NCBI GenBank assembly: GCA_963712105.1
Contig: CAVQGR010000014.1
Coordinates: 39,546-103,545, forward strand
Direction: 5' to 3'
Source of the DNA: an uncultured beta proteobacterium
Lineage (GTDB): Bacteria > Pseudomonadota > Gammaproteobacteria > Burkholderiales > Casimicrobiaceae
Length of the DNA stretch: 64,000 nt
A program made the translations under genes and the position numbers. The notes beneath the pieces were generated by a model. It worked only from the letters and a program-made list of their open reading frames with translations, was not told the origin of the DNA and made no database searches. How positions within the stretch are numbered: the stretch's first letter is position 1; each line of letters opens with the position of its first letter. This document shows positions 63,499 through 64,000 of the stretch, one piece after another.

Positions 63499-64000
63499 AT
63501 GTCGCCCACCCATCATCTTGTCGCCCTGCACGTCGCCGTCGCCCTGTTCGGCTTTGCCGGCCTGTTCGGCAAATGGATCACCTGGAATCCCGAGGCGATC
63601 GCGTTCGGGCGCACGGCGGTGGCCGCGCTGGCGCTGACCGCCTTCATCGCGGTCCGTGGCCAACGGCTGCCGCGACCATCGCGCGCCGTCGCCGGCAACG
63701 GAGCGCTGCTGGCCCTGCACTGGTACGCGTTCTTCGCTGCGATCGAGGCGGCGACGGTTGCCATCGGCTTGCTCGGATTCGCCAGTTTCCCGTTGTTCGT
63801 CCTGCTGCTCGAGCAACGCCTGCTCGGACGTCGGCGCCGCCGAGGGGATCTGCTGACTGCCGGGCTGGTGGTCGCCGGCATCGCGACGCTGGTACCGAGC
63901 CCGTCGTGGGACAACGCCGCGGTGCAGGGACTTGCCTGGGGCGTGTTGTCGGGATTCTCCTTTGCGTGGCTGACCGTGCGCTCTCGACGATTGCGTACGC
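63499..64000 (+). CDS. EamA/DMT-family transporter, 5' part (runs off the right edge)
   Basis: My own translation from the ATG at 63499 gives MSPTHHLVALHVAVALFGFAGLFGKWITWNPEAIAFGRTAVAALALTAFIAV...LHWYAFFAAIEAATVAIGLLGFASFPLFVLLLE. It has a multi-helix EamA-like pattern. It is absent from the ORF track because no stop lies in the window. Confidence 0.6.
   Translation, partial: MSPTHHLVALHVAVALFGFAGLFGKWITWNPEAIAFGRTAVAALALTAFIAVRGQRLPRPSRAVAGNGALLALHWYAFFAAIEAATVAIGLLGFASFPLFVLLLEQRLLGRRRRRGDLLTAGLVVAGIATLVPSPSWDNAAVQGLAWGVLSGFSFAWLTVRSRRLRT

Overview
This is a visibly GC-rich chromosomal segment, with G/C dominating third codon positions. Long spurious antisense ORFs are common as a result. 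Gene order looks betaproteobacterial (Burkholderiales/Rhodocyclales-like), a judgement made from synteny only. I call about 55 genes. No rRNA, tRNA, CRISPR array, transposase or integrase was recognised.

Left to right, the window contains:
(1) A partial EamA transporter.
(2) A nearly complete TCA-cycle supercluster: acnA, a DUF3617 gene, a citE-like gene and mdh on the minus strand, then gntR-sdhCDAB-sdhE-gltA-sucA-sucB-lpdA-zapE on the plus strand.
(3) acuI-prpE, which suggests an acrylate/propionate module.
(4) An orphan amt gene behind a near-consensus sigma-54 promoter, followed by an asparaginase-II family gene.
(5) The housekeeping block rpoE-rseA-mucB-degP-grx-lepA-lepB-DUF4845-rnc-era-recO-pdxJ-nagZ.
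(6) An accessory-looking region of about 22 kb (36.7-58.6 kb). Ten tightly packed minus-strand genes lie in it: phnR, phosphonoacetate hydrolase, phosphonoacetaldehyde dehydrogenase, a Na/Pi symporter, an HD-domain oxygenase, an EamA transporter, a dimethylglycine-dehydrogenase-like flavoprotein, a two-subunit NAD-type formate dehydrogenase and an IclR regulator. They sit opposite a divergent 2-aminoethylphosphonate ABC transporter plus phnW. A NUDIX gene and folD follow.
(7) A four-gene gamma-glutamylation operon on the minus strand: GS-like ligase, Fe-ADH, PuuD-like hydrolase and ALDH.
(8) A second partial EamA gene.

The best leads are:
- the physical fusion of a PhnW/Y/A phosphonate cluster with a DMGDH-like/FDH C1 module and an orphan HD oxygenase;
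- an in-frame 75-bp palindrome-rich tandem duplication that forms the only possible 5' end of the DMGDH-like gene;
- the amino-alcohol-type gamma-glutamylation operon.

All functional links between these genes are inference from gene content and spacing.
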